NCBI GenBank assembly: GCA_963748015.1
Contig: CAVVHE010000006.1
Location: forward strand, 32,001 to 96,000
Origin: Terriglobia bacterium
Lineage (GTDB): Bacteria > Acidobacteriota > Polarisedimenticolia > Polarisedimenticolales > JAIQFR01
Direction: 5' to 3'
DNA length: 64,000 bases
The notes under the pieces are model-generated. The model searched no databases. It was given only the letters and a program-made list of their open reading frames with translations, and was not told the DNA's origin. Made by a program: the position numbers and the translations under genes. Of this stretch, positions 34,560 to 45,947 are shown piece after piece. Each line of letters begins with the position of its first letter. Position 1 is the stretch's first letter.

Positions 34560-37500
34560 TCACGGGCACGCTCCCGACGCGGGTGTCCGCTCCGCGCCGC
34601 CCGACGTCTGCCCGTACGAGCACGTCGTGGTCCCGTTGCAGAACTTGTACAGGTAGAAAAGGACCTGTCCCGGCGCCGGCACCGTGACGTCCGGGTTGAA
34701 CGAGAACGTGTAGTTCGACTTGAAGTTGGAAAGGCAGGCCACCGGTCCCAGGTTGCCGGGAGCCCCGGTGCCCAGGTTGACGCGGTCCCCGCGGATGACG
34801 TCGTCCAGGATCGTCGAGAAGTCGTCCGGTGCCTCGGGGGCCGAGTTGTGCGTCCGGCCCTCGTCGATCACCCGCACGAAGTCGACGCCCTCGAAGCGGC
34901 AGGCGCCCGCGAGCATGAGCCCGCTCGCGCGGAACTCCACCGAATCGCCCACGGGCGCGACGCTCTGCACCTGCTGGCGGTCCCAACGCACGCGTAGCTT
35001 CGACCCGGTCACCTGCCGGTCGAACTCGGGAATCGGGACCCCTCCCGCGACCGAGAGATAGATCGGGGCGGCCGGATCGATGTTGCCCAGCGAGTAGCCG
35101 GAGCGCATCGTCAGGTCCGCCATGACGTAGTTGCCTTTCGATTCGATGTTCAGGGTCCTCGGCTCGAACCGGACGGTGCCCAGCAGCGGCTCGCACGCGT
35201 CGCCGCAGGTCCCGCCCGACGAGTCGAGCTGGTCGGGGTTGGCGTCGTACGGGCAGTTGTCGCAGGCGTCGCCGATGCCGTCGTGATCGGCGTCGGCCTG
35301 CGAGGGGTTCGCTACCGTTGGGCAGTTGTCGACCAGGCAGGTCGAGGCCGGATAGCCCGGATCCGCGAAGCCGTCTCCGTCGGTGTCGGTGCACGGGTCG
35401 CAGGCGTCGCCGATGCCGTCGTGGTCCGCGTCGGCCTGTCCGGGGTTGGGAACCGTCGGGCAGTTGTCCGCCGGCGTGCATTCCGCGCCCTGATTGGGAT
35501 CCGGGATGCTGTCGCCGTCGCTGTCGAGGCACACCTCGCACGCGTCGCCGATCCCGTTCCCGTTGGAGTCGGCCTGCGACGGGTTCGGGACGGTCGGGCA
35601 GTTGTCGCAGACGTCGCCCACGCCGTCGGTGTCCACGTCCTCCTGGCCGGGGTTGGTGTCGTCGGGGCAGTTGTCCTTCACGTCCGGGATCCCGTCGTGA
35701 TCGCGGTCGTGCACGAATGGCACCCAGGTGCAGTCGAACGGGATGCGGATGCGCACGCGCTTGTGGCCGGGGCGGTACGGGTCGTCGGTCGGCACCGGCG
35801 GGTCCGGCCCCGGTATCGGATAGAAGACCCAAGTCGTCCCGTCCCAGTAGTAGATGTCGATCGGTACGGTGGGATCGCCTCCACCGCCCGGCCCATCCCA
35901 GATCGGGATGTCGAGCGTCGTTCCGGGCGGGAAGTTGTAGGGCGCGAAGGCCGGCCCCGTGTCGACCCCGCCGATCGGGGTCATGCCCGGCGGATACCCG
36001 CCCGGGCCGGGACCACCCGGAAGCCCTCCGGGTCCCGGAATGCCGTGGATGGTCGGGGCCGGCCGGCCGGGCGGCAGGCCGCCGGGCGGCACGGTGCACA
36101 CGCCGCCGTGGTCGGGGTCGATCTTCGTGCAGCCGTCGATGCACCCGGGGTCCGTCGGCGGCGGGGGGAATACGTGCGTCCCACCGGGGGGTTCGGGATC
36201 TCCCGGGCCGTGCGGCCCCGGATGGGGCCCGCCGACGAAGACATCGTGCCGATGATTGCCGTCGAAGTCTCCCTTGTCGCACCCGGACGTGCCGCACCGC
36301 CCGCCGGGGAGCCTGCACTTCTTCTTCCGGCCCGGCGCGTCGTGGCCGATGTGGCAGGTGCAGTAGCCGAGCCGGCAAGTTCCCGCCTCGAAGGTCTGCC
36401 CGTCGATGATCCAGACGCCGCCGGCGTCGCTGATCCCATCGGGATCGGCGCCCGGCGCCCCGACCATGATGTCGTCGAGGCCGTCGCCGTTGTAGTCGCC
36501 GATCGACGCGACGAACCAGCCGTACTGGTCGCCGGCCGCCTCGCCTTCCCATACCGTGCCGGCGAGGTGCCCCGGAATCGAGCAGTCGCCGATGTCGGTG
36601 TCGTAGTAGACGCCCCAGTTGATGGTGTCCGAGGCCTGATAGACGCGTCCCGCGTCCACCATGCCGAGCGGGTCGCCCATCGGCGCCCCGATCAGGAGAT
36701 CGGGAATGCCGTCGGCCTGGTTGTCGCCTCCCGCGGAGACCGAGAAGCCGAACCACCCGCCCGGCTCGGAGCCGCGGAACAGCGTTCCCGCGACGGAGAA
36801 CCCGATCGCCGACGCCTCGACCCGTCCGGACGTGAGCGCGCCGCCGTGAACCACGTAGAGCGCTCCCGCGTCCTGCGCCGGCGGCCCTTCCTCCTGGGGC
36901 GGGTCGGCGTAGGGAGCGCCGATGGCCAGGTCCTCGCCGACCGAGCCGACGACGTCGCCGGGGAAGGCCACGGCCGAGCCGAAGCCGTCGTCCTGCGCCT
37001 CGCCCGAGTAGACGATTCCCGGGAGCTGGTCGCCGAGCCCGTCGGCCACGCGGCCGAGCGAGATCGTCGCCTCCGCGATCGCGGAGTTGCCGAAGACGAG
37101 ATAGGCGCGCCCCGCGTGGGAGCCCCCGGAAGGGCTCGCGCCCGGAGCGCCGATCAGGAGATCGTTCCGCGGGGTCGAGCTCATGTGGCCGCCGCAGGCG
37201 ACGGCGAAGCCGGCCCGGTCGCCGAGGCTCTCGCCCTCGAAGGCGACGCCGCTGACGCCGCCCGGCAGCCCGGGCTGCCCCACCTTCGCGAGGTCGACCG
37301 TGTCGATCACGGCGTCGTTCGCCAGGTTCGGGTACTCGGACGGATTGAAGAAGATCACGTACACCTTCCCCTTGCCGGTCGGAAGGCCGGTGCCGCTATC
37401 GAGCTGCTCGGCGCCGATCACGATGTCCTGCCTGCCGTCGCCGTTGAAGTCGCACCCGCCGGAGACCGAAACCCCCGTGCGGTCCCACGCCGAAGACCCC

Positions 37501-40500
37501 TTCGAACACGATGTCCGGCGTGTTCCGCTCGGCCTCGACCGTGCTGCCGAGATAGACGATCGCGGCGCCGGCCTCCGTGTAACCGTGCGCTTGGTACCCC
37601 GGCGCGCCGGAGACGAGGTCGTCGATGCCGTCGCCGTTGAGGTCGCCCGCCATCGCGACCGCCGAGCCCGCGCGGGCCGAGGCGGAGGCGGGGGGATTGT
37701 CGAGCGGCGGGGGGACGTCCTCGTCGCCGTTCTCGGTGACGCCGGTCGCGAACCGGCTCGTGAACGCGGGGACGGCCGTGCCGTGAAGGTCCGCGACGCC
37801 GTCCACCTGCACCGTGTAGATGGTGTTGCCGAACGGAGCGCCGCGACCGGGTCGAGCGTCGCGATCGTGCCGGCGCGGCCGACGCGCACGTCCGCCGGGA
37901 CGGGAGCGCCAGTGCCGTCGAGCAGCCGGAACGTCGAGGAGCGTCACGGTCGCGGGATCCACGACCCCCGTGAACGTCAGGTTCACGCTCGCCGACCAGG
38001 GCACGTCGGCCTGATCGTCGTACGGGCGAATCGAGGCGACCGTCGGCGGCGCCGGGGTGAACGGGGCGGTTCGGTACGGCGCGAAGTCGACCCCCGTGCT
38101 GACCTGCGAGCCCGATCCCGCGCCGACGTCCGACGGCCCGTCCGTCGCCCCCCACCAGTTGTAGGTGGCGTTGACGATCGTCGCGGGGGTGTCGTTCAGC
38201 GCCCCCCAGGACGTCCCGATCAGCTCGCTGTCGTGGATCTCGGGAGCGGCGCCGTACGCGTAGAGCGCGGTCGCGCACTGGTTGACCCGGACGCCGGTCA
38301 TCGGCGTCGCGGTCGAGCCGTTGTAGAACCAGAGGGCGTTCTGGCAGCGGTTGACGTCGATGTCGGTGCCCGCGCTGAGCTGGCCGTTGACGCTGACCGC
38401 CGTCGTCACGTCCTCGATCTTCACGTGACGCAGCGTGGCGCGGCCGGTGGTCTCGACGCAGAGCCCCTGCCAGCGCGAGGCCGCGGCGGGAGCCTTCTCG
38501 AACAGGATGGGGTCGGGCACGCCGCTGCCCGTACCGTCGGCGACCAGCTCGCCTGGGGCGCCCGCGGCGCCTCCCGCGCACAGGCCCGAGGCGGCCGGGA
38601 ACTCCAGGCGCACGCCCGGCTCGATGCGCAGCGTCGAGCGGCCGTCCGCTCCCGCGGTGCCCTGCACGCGCCCACCCGAGAGGAACCGGAGAGTGCCCGC
38701 CGAGTTGCGCCACGTCGCGTCGGTTGCGAGGGTGCCGCCGATCACCTCCACGACGGGAGGGGTCACGGCGGGAACGAAGCCGTTGCCCGACGAAAGCGAC
38801 TCGACCGTGCTCATCGGCACCCGCGACGTCCTCTGACCCCAGTTCGTGAAGGTATTGCCGGTGAGGGTCGCGACGGGGGTCTCGGAGTTGAAGAAGACGC
38901 TCTCGATCGACGGGTTGTTGCGCACGTAGGTCGTTCCGCCCTGCAGGAGGATGTCGTGCGAGGCGTTCGTGTCGATGCGGGAGTTCTGGATCGTCACGGC
39001 GCCCGAGTCCACGCGCACGCCGTAGTGGGCCGACTGGCGGATCGTGACGTCGTCGAGGAGGATCGATGCCGACGTCGCGGGGCCCGCGAAAATGCCGCCG
39101 TAGGCGCTCGTCCCGCGGCCGGCCCAGAAGACCTCCGCCTTGCGGATCGTGGAGGACCTCGCCAGGGGATAGAACCCGATCCCGTACCAGTCGCCGCGGG
39201 CCGGCGTGGCCGCGCCGCTCGTGAACCGGATCGTGGCCGGGGCGCCCGGACCCGCCGTTCCGTCGGCCACCAGCGCGCCCTTGGCGCTGTTGCCGAAGTA
39301 GAGCTGCGTCGCGAGGTCGAACCGGAGCTCGAGGCCGGGGTCGAGGGTCAGGGTGGTGACGGCGTCGGCGCCGTCGGTCCCCGCGACCTCGATCGATCCC
39401 TTGATCGCGTAGACCCCGCCCAGCTCCGCGGTCCAGTTCGCGTCGCGCGCGACCGTGCCGGCGATCACTTCGGTGACCGCGCCCGGGGCCGCGGTGACCG
39501 CGTTGCTCGCGGCCATCTCGCCGACGACGTCCGGCTCGAGCCGGGGGAACTTCGGCCCCGCGCCCCAGTTCGTCACGGTGTTCCCGCTCCAGCTGACGTT
39601 CGGATCGGTCGCGGCGTAGAACACGCTCTGGAACGACGAGCCGGTGACCGCGCCCACGCCCGCCGAGAGGTAGAGGTCCTGCTCGGTGTTGCCGGAGAGG
39701 GTCGCGTTCTCGAGGTTGAACGTCCCGCCCGCCCAGTCGGCGCCGTAGCGGTTCGCGGTCAGCGTGACGCCGCTCGCGTTGACGGTCCCCCCCTCGACGC
39801 GCAATCCGTCGAGCGCGGAGGCGTTTGCCGAGCCGCCGGCGATCGTGACGCTCCCCGAGAACACGCGGAAGCCGTAATTCTTCGACCCCTCGACGTTCAC
39901 GTTGGTCAGGGTCACGGCCTGCAGGGCGCTGTTGTTGACCGAGACCGCGGTCGCGTTTGCCCCGGCCCGTCCGGAGTACCGCAACCTCGCGTTGTTGACC
40001 GAGGACGCGCGCGCGCCGGCGTAGAAGTAGAGGCCGTACCAGTCCCCGGCGGCGGGGGAGGCCGCGTTCGACGTCATGAGGATCTCCCCCGAGGCGCCGT
40101 TCGCGACGAGGGCGCCGACCGCGGACGACCCCACGTACAGGTAGGTCGCGGGATCGAAGCGGAGCTCGGTCGAGGGGGCGATCGTGAGCGTGGCCACGCC
40201 GCCCGCGCCGGCGGTCCCGGCTACCTCGACGCTTCCCGTGACGCCGAGCTTCCCCAGCGTCGGCCGCCAGGTGGTGTCCTTGCCGACGATTCCCCCGGCG
40301 ATCTCGGTGAACGGGTCGGCGATGGCGGAGATCGTGTTGCTCGACGTGTCGGAGAGCGAGCCGACGTCGTTGGGCGACAGGCGCGAGACCTTGGCGCCCC
40401 AATTGGTCACGGTGTTCCCGGTCCACGTGAACGAAGGCGAGCCGTCGCTGTAGTAGATGCTCTCGAACGACGACCCGGTGATCGAGCCGCCGCCGCCGGA

Positions 40501-43500
40501 GAACCAGAAGTCGTACCCGGAGGCGTGCGGCTTCACGGTGCTCGAGGCGACGTTCAGCGTCCCCGCCGTCGCGCTGATGCCGTTATGGCCGTTGTCGTGG
40601 ACGTTGGCGCCCGTGACGCTCGCCGTTCCTCCCGCGACCCGGAGGCCGTCGAGGGTGTTGTTGGCCAGCTCGACGGTCGAGATCGCGGTGGACCCGCCGC
40701 AGTTCTGGATGCCGTAGGCTGCGGAGTCGAAGACGCCCGTCTGGTCGATCGTGACGGTCTGACCGGCGCCGATGCAGACGGAGATCCCGCCGGGGTTGGT
40801 CGTGGATTTCCCGGCCCAGCGGACCTCGGCCCTGCGGATCGTCGAGCTGCGCGCGCTGCCGAAGAAGAAGAGCCCGTACCACTTCCCGCGCGCGGGACTC
40901 GGGTCCGACGTCGTGAAGAGGATCGTGGACGGGGCGTTCGGCCCGACGGCGCCGTCGGCGACGATCGCGCCGGGCGCGCTGTACCCCGCGTACAGGTAGG
41001 TCGACGCGGCGAAGCGCACGACCGACCCCGGATCGATGGTCAGGACGGGCACGGATGCGCCGGCCACCTCGACAGTCCCGGTCACATCGATCGTGCCCAC
41101 CGTCGTCTTCCAGGTCTGCGTGGACGCCACCGTCCCGGCGATCACGTTGACCGACGGCGAGGCCGCCGTGTTCACGAAGGTCGAGCTCGAGATCGGACCG
41201 AGCGCGTTCGGGTCCACGCTGGAAATCCGCGTGCCCCAGCCGTCGAAGGTGTTCCCCGACCACGTGACGGTCGGGTTCGAGTCCGGGTAGGTCACGCTGG
41301 TCAGCGTGCACCCCGAGATCGTCCCCGACGTCGCGCCGGAGAGCGACACGTCGTGCGTCGTGTTCCCGCTGAGCGTCGAGCCCGAGAGCGTCAGCGCGCC
41401 TCCGGTCGCGAGGACGCCGTAGCCGCTGCTGGAGATGGACGACGACGAGATCGAAAGCGAGCCGCCGGCCAGGTAGACGCCGCGCGCGATCGCCCCCTGG
41501 ATGGTCAGGTTCGTCGCCGAGACGGTTCCCGCCGCCACGGCCAGCGCGTTCTTCTCCGAATCCACGACCTGCACGTCGTTCAGGGTGATCGCCTGCGCGG
41601 CGGCCGCCGTGGCGTAGATCACGCCGTAACCGGTGTGAACGCTGTAGCCCCCGTGCTGGACCACCACCTTGCGCAGCGTGGACGCCCGCGCGGAGCCGTA
41701 GAACCAGATCCCGTACCAGCCGTTCCGCGCTCCCGTGGACGAGGTGAACGTGATGGCGGCCGGGGCGCCCGGTCCGACCGTCCCGTCGGCGACGATCGAG
41801 CCGGCGGCCGTGCTCCCCGCGTACAGGTAGGTCGAGGGAGCGAACTGGACCACCGAGCCGGGATCGATCGTCAGCACCGGCGCGGACGCGCCGGCCACCT
41901 CGACGGACCCGGTGACGTTGACCGTGCCCACGGACGTCTTCCACGTCTGCGTGTTCGCCACCGCCCCGGCGATCACGTTGACCGACGGCGAGGCGGCCGT
42001 GTTCACGAAGGTCGAGCTCGAGATCGGGCCGAGCGCGTTCGGGTCCACGCTCGAAACCCGCGTTCCCCAGCCGTCGAACGTATTTCCCGACCAGGTCAGG
42101 GTGGGGGAGGAGTCCGGGTAGGTCACGCTGGTCAGCGTGCAACCCGAGATCGAGCCCGACGTCGCGCCGGAGAGGGACACGTCGTGCGTCGTGTTCCCGC
42201 TGAGCGTCGAGCCCGACAGCGTCAGCGTTCCGCCCGCGGTGAGGACGCCGTAGCCGCTCGTGGAGATGGACGCCGACGACATCGAGAGCGATCCGCCGGC
42301 CAGGTAGACGCCGCGCGCGAGCGCCCCCTGGATGCTCACGTTCGTCGCGGAGACGGTTCCCGCCGCCACGGTCAGCCCGTTCTTCTCCGAATCCACTATC
42401 TGCACGTCGTTCAGGGTGATCGCCTGCGCGACGGCCGCCGCGGCGTAGATCGCGCCGTAGCCGGTGTGGGAGACGTAGCCCCCGTGCTGGACCACGACCT
42501 TGCGCAGCGTGGACGCGCGCGCGGAAGCGTAGAACCAGATCCCGTACCAGCCGTTGCGCGCTCCCGTGGACGACGTGAACGTGATCGCGGCCGGGGCGCC
42601 CGGCCCCACCGTCCCGTCGGCGACGATCGCGCCGGCGGCCGTGCTCCCCGCGTAAAGGTACCTCTGTGCGGCGAACCGGACGACCGCGCCGGGGTCGATG
42701 GTCAGGACCGGCGCGGTCGCGCCGGCGACCTCGACGTTGCCGGTCACGTTGATCGTGCCGACGGTCGTCTTCCAGGTCTGCGTCGCCGCCACCGTCCCGG
42801 CGATCACGTTGACCGACGGGGACGCGGCCGTGTTCACGAAGTTCGACGCCGAAATCGCGCCGAGCGCGTTCGGATCGACGTCGGAGACGCGGGTGGCCCA
42901 GCCGTCGAAGGTGTTCCCCGACCAGGTCAGGGTGGGGGAGGAGTCCGGGTAGGTCACGCTGGTCAGCGTGCACCCCGAGATCGTCCCCGACGTCGCGCCG
43001 GAGAGCGACACGTCGTGCGTCGTGTTCCCGCTGAGCGTCGAGCCCGACAGCGTCAGCGTTCCGCCCGCCGTGAGGACGCCGTAGCCGCTCGTGGAGATGG
43101 ACGACGACGACATCGAGAGCGAGCCGCCGGCCAGGTAGACGCCGCGAGCGATGGCCCCCTGGATGTTCACGTTCGTCGCGGAGACGGTTCCCGCCGCCAC
43201 GGCCAGCCCGTTCTTCTCCGAGTCCACGATCTGCACGTCGTCGAGCGTGATCGTCTGCGCGGTGGGTCCCGCAGCGTAGATCACGCCGTAGCCGGTGTGG
43301 GAGGCGTAGCCCCCGTGCTGGACCACGACCCTACGCAGCGTGGACGCGCGCGCCGAGGCGTAGAACCAGATCCCGTACCAGCCGTTGCGCGTCCCCGTGG
43401 ACGAGGTGAACGTGATAGCCGCCGGGGCTCCCGGCCCCACCGTCCCGTCCGCGACGATCGCGCCCGGGCCCGTGTTTCCCGCGAAGAGGTAGTTCGAAGC

Positions 43501-44523
43501 GTCCACGGTCACCACGGCGCCGGGGTCGATCGTCAGCGTGACCGCGGTCGCGTTTCCCACCTCGACGTTGCCGGTCAGGTGCCACGGGCCGAGCGTCGTG
43601 GGCCAGGTGGCGTTCTTGCGGAGCCGGCCGGCGATCAGCGTCGCCTCGGCTCCCCCGACCGAGGTGATCGAGGTCACGCTCGAGGCGAAGCCGCCGGCGT
43701 CGTTGGGAGCGAGCTGCGAGGGCGTCTGCCCCCAGTCGACGAGCGTCGTGCTCGACCAGGTCAAGTTTGGGCTGTCGTCGTTGTAGCGCAGCGAGGACAA
43801 CGTGCACCCGGAGATCGTCCCGGTGACGGCCCCCTGGACGTAGAAGTCGTTGGTCGCGTTCGCCGACATCGTGACGTTCGAGAGCGAGGGGGTACCCCCC
43901 TCGATGCGGACGCCGTACGTGGCGTTGCCGCTCACGGTAGAGTTAGACAGGGAAACCGTGCCGTTCATCAGGCGCACGCCGTGGCCGACCGAGCTCTGCA
44001 CCGTCAAGTTGTCGAGCGCGATCGCGACCGCGGCGGCGGGGTTCGCGGTCAGGTTCGCCCCGAGCCCGCCGCTCTTCCCGGCGTACCGGATCGACGCGTT
44101 CTTGATCGTCGAGGCCTTGGCGGTCGGGTAGAAGTCGATCCCGTACCAGTCGCCGGCGGCGGGGGACGCCGCGTTCGAGGTGAAGACGATCGGGGCGCCG
44201 GCCGAGGCGTCGGCCTGCAGCGCGCCGGGGCCGAGATTGCCGAAGTAGAGACGCCCCGTGTTCGCGCTGGTCGTGCCCGGCGTGAAGCGAACCTCGACCC
44301 CGGGCTCGATCGTCAGGGTGGCGGTCGTCGAGGTCGTGCTCGCGAACTCGACGGGTCCAGGGACGATGTAGGGCGACCCGGCGATCGTCCAGGTCTCGCT
44401 GGCGGCGTGGCGCCCCGTCGTCACCGTGGTCGATGCCCGCGGCGGGGCTCCGAGCGCCGAAACGAGCGCGAGCCCGAGCAGGGCGATCCTGAAGGAGCCG
44501 GACCAGCGGTGAGCGGAACCCAT
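34560..44523 (-). CDS. Giant secreted/surface protein (about 3,320 aa after frameshift correction): beta-helix repeats, Ig-like (Big_5), FG-GAP repeats, TSP type-3 repeats
   Basis: Signal peptide; ORFs 37396-44523 and 34560-37889 join by a one-base shift near 37498; GDLNGDGIDDL and GAP motifs; repeated DxDxDGxGDxCDNCP. Confidence 0.85.
41030..43522 (-). repeat. Three near-identical 831-bp (277-aa) tandem units inside the giant gene, flanked by diverged units
   Basis: Anchor CCGTACCA (WYG codons) at 41711, 42542 and 43373 (period 831); diverged copies at 39182, 40034, 40874 and 44141; boundaries approximate. Confidence 0.9.
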
Positions 44524-44637
44524 CGGAACCTCCCCGCTCTCGGCGCCAACGACCCGTGTCCGGCCCCCGGGGCCGGACAGGTCGCCGCGCCGGGGAGCGC
44601 TTGCGTCACTGGATTTCGAAATGCCCGGAACCGGAGG

Positions 44638-44653
44638 AGCAAGGCGCGTGCCG
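44638..44653 (-). promoter_or_regulatory. Sigma-54 (-24/-12) promoter of the giant surface-protein gene
   Basis: Minus strand reads CGGCACG-CGCC-TTGCT versus consensus TGGCACG-N4-TTGCW, about 115 bp upstream of the ATG. Confidence 0.8.
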
Positions 44654-44784
44654 CGGGTGGAGGCGGTCGTTTCCGGAGAATCGGGCAGGGCGAACTCTCC
44701 GATCCGACAGGAGGCTATTCGTTTCGAGAGAGAATCCGTCCCCGGCCGCCGTCACTCGAGCCGCGGAGGGGGACGGCGGCGCGG

Positions 44785-45723
44785 TCACGGACCCGGGTCG
44801 CGAGCGTTGCGGGGAGCCGTCGGAGGCGGGCTCCCACCGCGGAGCGCGAGCACGCGGTCGGGGTAGTCCGAGATGATTCCGTCCACTCCCCACTCGACCA
44901 TGCGCCGGATGTCGGCCGGCTCGTTGACAGTCCAGGGGATCACCTTGACGCCGCGCGCGCGCATCCGGCGCACGTCGTCCCGCCGCAGATCCGTGAACCT
45001 CGGAGAGAGGATGGTCGCCGCGCTCGACTCGAGCAGCGCGTCGTAGCTTTCCCGATCTCGCACGAGGATCGCCCGCGCGATTCCCGGGGCGAGCTCGCGC
45101 ACCGCCCTCAGCGCCGCCGGGTCGAACGACTGCACGATCGCGCGGCCTTCCATGCCGTGTCGGCGCAGGGCGGCGACGACCAGCTCGGCGAAGGACCCGA
45201 GGGGGATGGCCTGCCTGGGCGAGCCGGCCTTCATCTCGACGCTGACCCGAACCGGGTAGGGCGCGGCCCGTGCGAGATCCAGGACCTCGTCGAGGGTCGG
45301 GATCCGCGCGCCGGGGACGGGCCGCTGCTCGGGAAAGTCCTTTCGAGGGACCGAGCCGCAATCGATCCCTTCGAGATCGGCGAGCCGCAGCTGGTCGAAC
45401 GGGGCGTCGGGGACCTTCCCTCCGCCTTCCCGCCGGCAGTACGCGGGATCGAGGCCCGGGTCGTGGGCCACGATCACCACGCGATCCTGGGTGAGCTGCA
45501 GGTCCATCTCCAGGGTCGTGACTCCGAGCTCGAGCGCACGCCGGAACGCGGGCAGGGTGTTCTCCGGCAGCAGGCCCCGGCAGCCGCGGTGGCCCTGCAC
45601 GTCGAGCGTCGGCAAGCTCGCGCCGCCGGCGACGCAGGTGAACGCGAGCACGGCCGCCGTGACCCACGCCGGCGGGGCCGGCGATGCGCGCGGCGCTCTC
45701 TTGCGTCCGTCCCGGCGCTTCAT
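44785..45723 (-). CDS. Glycerophosphodiester phosphodiesterase
   Basis: VQGHRGCRGLLPENTL, LEMDL, VAHD, IPTLDEV, VQSFD, WTVN, GIISDYP. Confidence 0.93.
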   Translation of the reverse strand: MKRRDGRKRAPRASPAPPAWVTAAVLAFTCVAGGASLPTLDVQGHRGCRGLLPENTLPAFRRALELGVTTLEMDLQLTQDRVVIVAHDPGLDPAYCRREGGGKVPDAPFDQLRLADLEGIDCGSVPRKDFPEQRPVPGARIPTLDEVLDLARAAPYPVRVSVEMKAGSPRQAIPLGSFAELVVAALRRHGMEGRAIVQSFDPAALRAVRELAPGIARAILVRDRESYDALLESSAATILSPRFTDLRRDDVRRMRARGVKVIPWTVNEPADIRRMVEWGVDGIISDYPDRVLALRGGSPPPTAPRNARDPGP

Positions 45724-45947
45724 CGCTTCCTCCGGAGCGGAAGAGGGCAGTGGACGCGGATCGTACACCCCTTCTCGAAGCGGCCGCCCGGACGACGCGG
45801 GTGACGACCTCGCATGGAGCGTCGGGTGAGCCGTATCCATCTGGACGAGGGGAGGCGTCACCGGCGCAGGCGACAAAAGAGGTGCATAATCTCCCGTGGG
45901 GGCCGTTCACGAAACGACAACATCCGACCGCAAAGGGAGGAACTGCG

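Noticed and set aside
41030..43522. Repeats considered as a CRISPR array or DGR template/variable pair
   Set aside because: They are long in-frame coding repeats with no spacers, no adenine-specific variation evident and no reverse transcriptase in the window
37183..45804. 2873-aa plus-strand ORF and other long Arg/Gly/Pro-rich ORFs (for example 6621-8390, 26736-29066, 30728-33856, 52906-55605)
   Set aside because: Antisense or off-frame shadows of real high-GC genes, with no recognisable motifs
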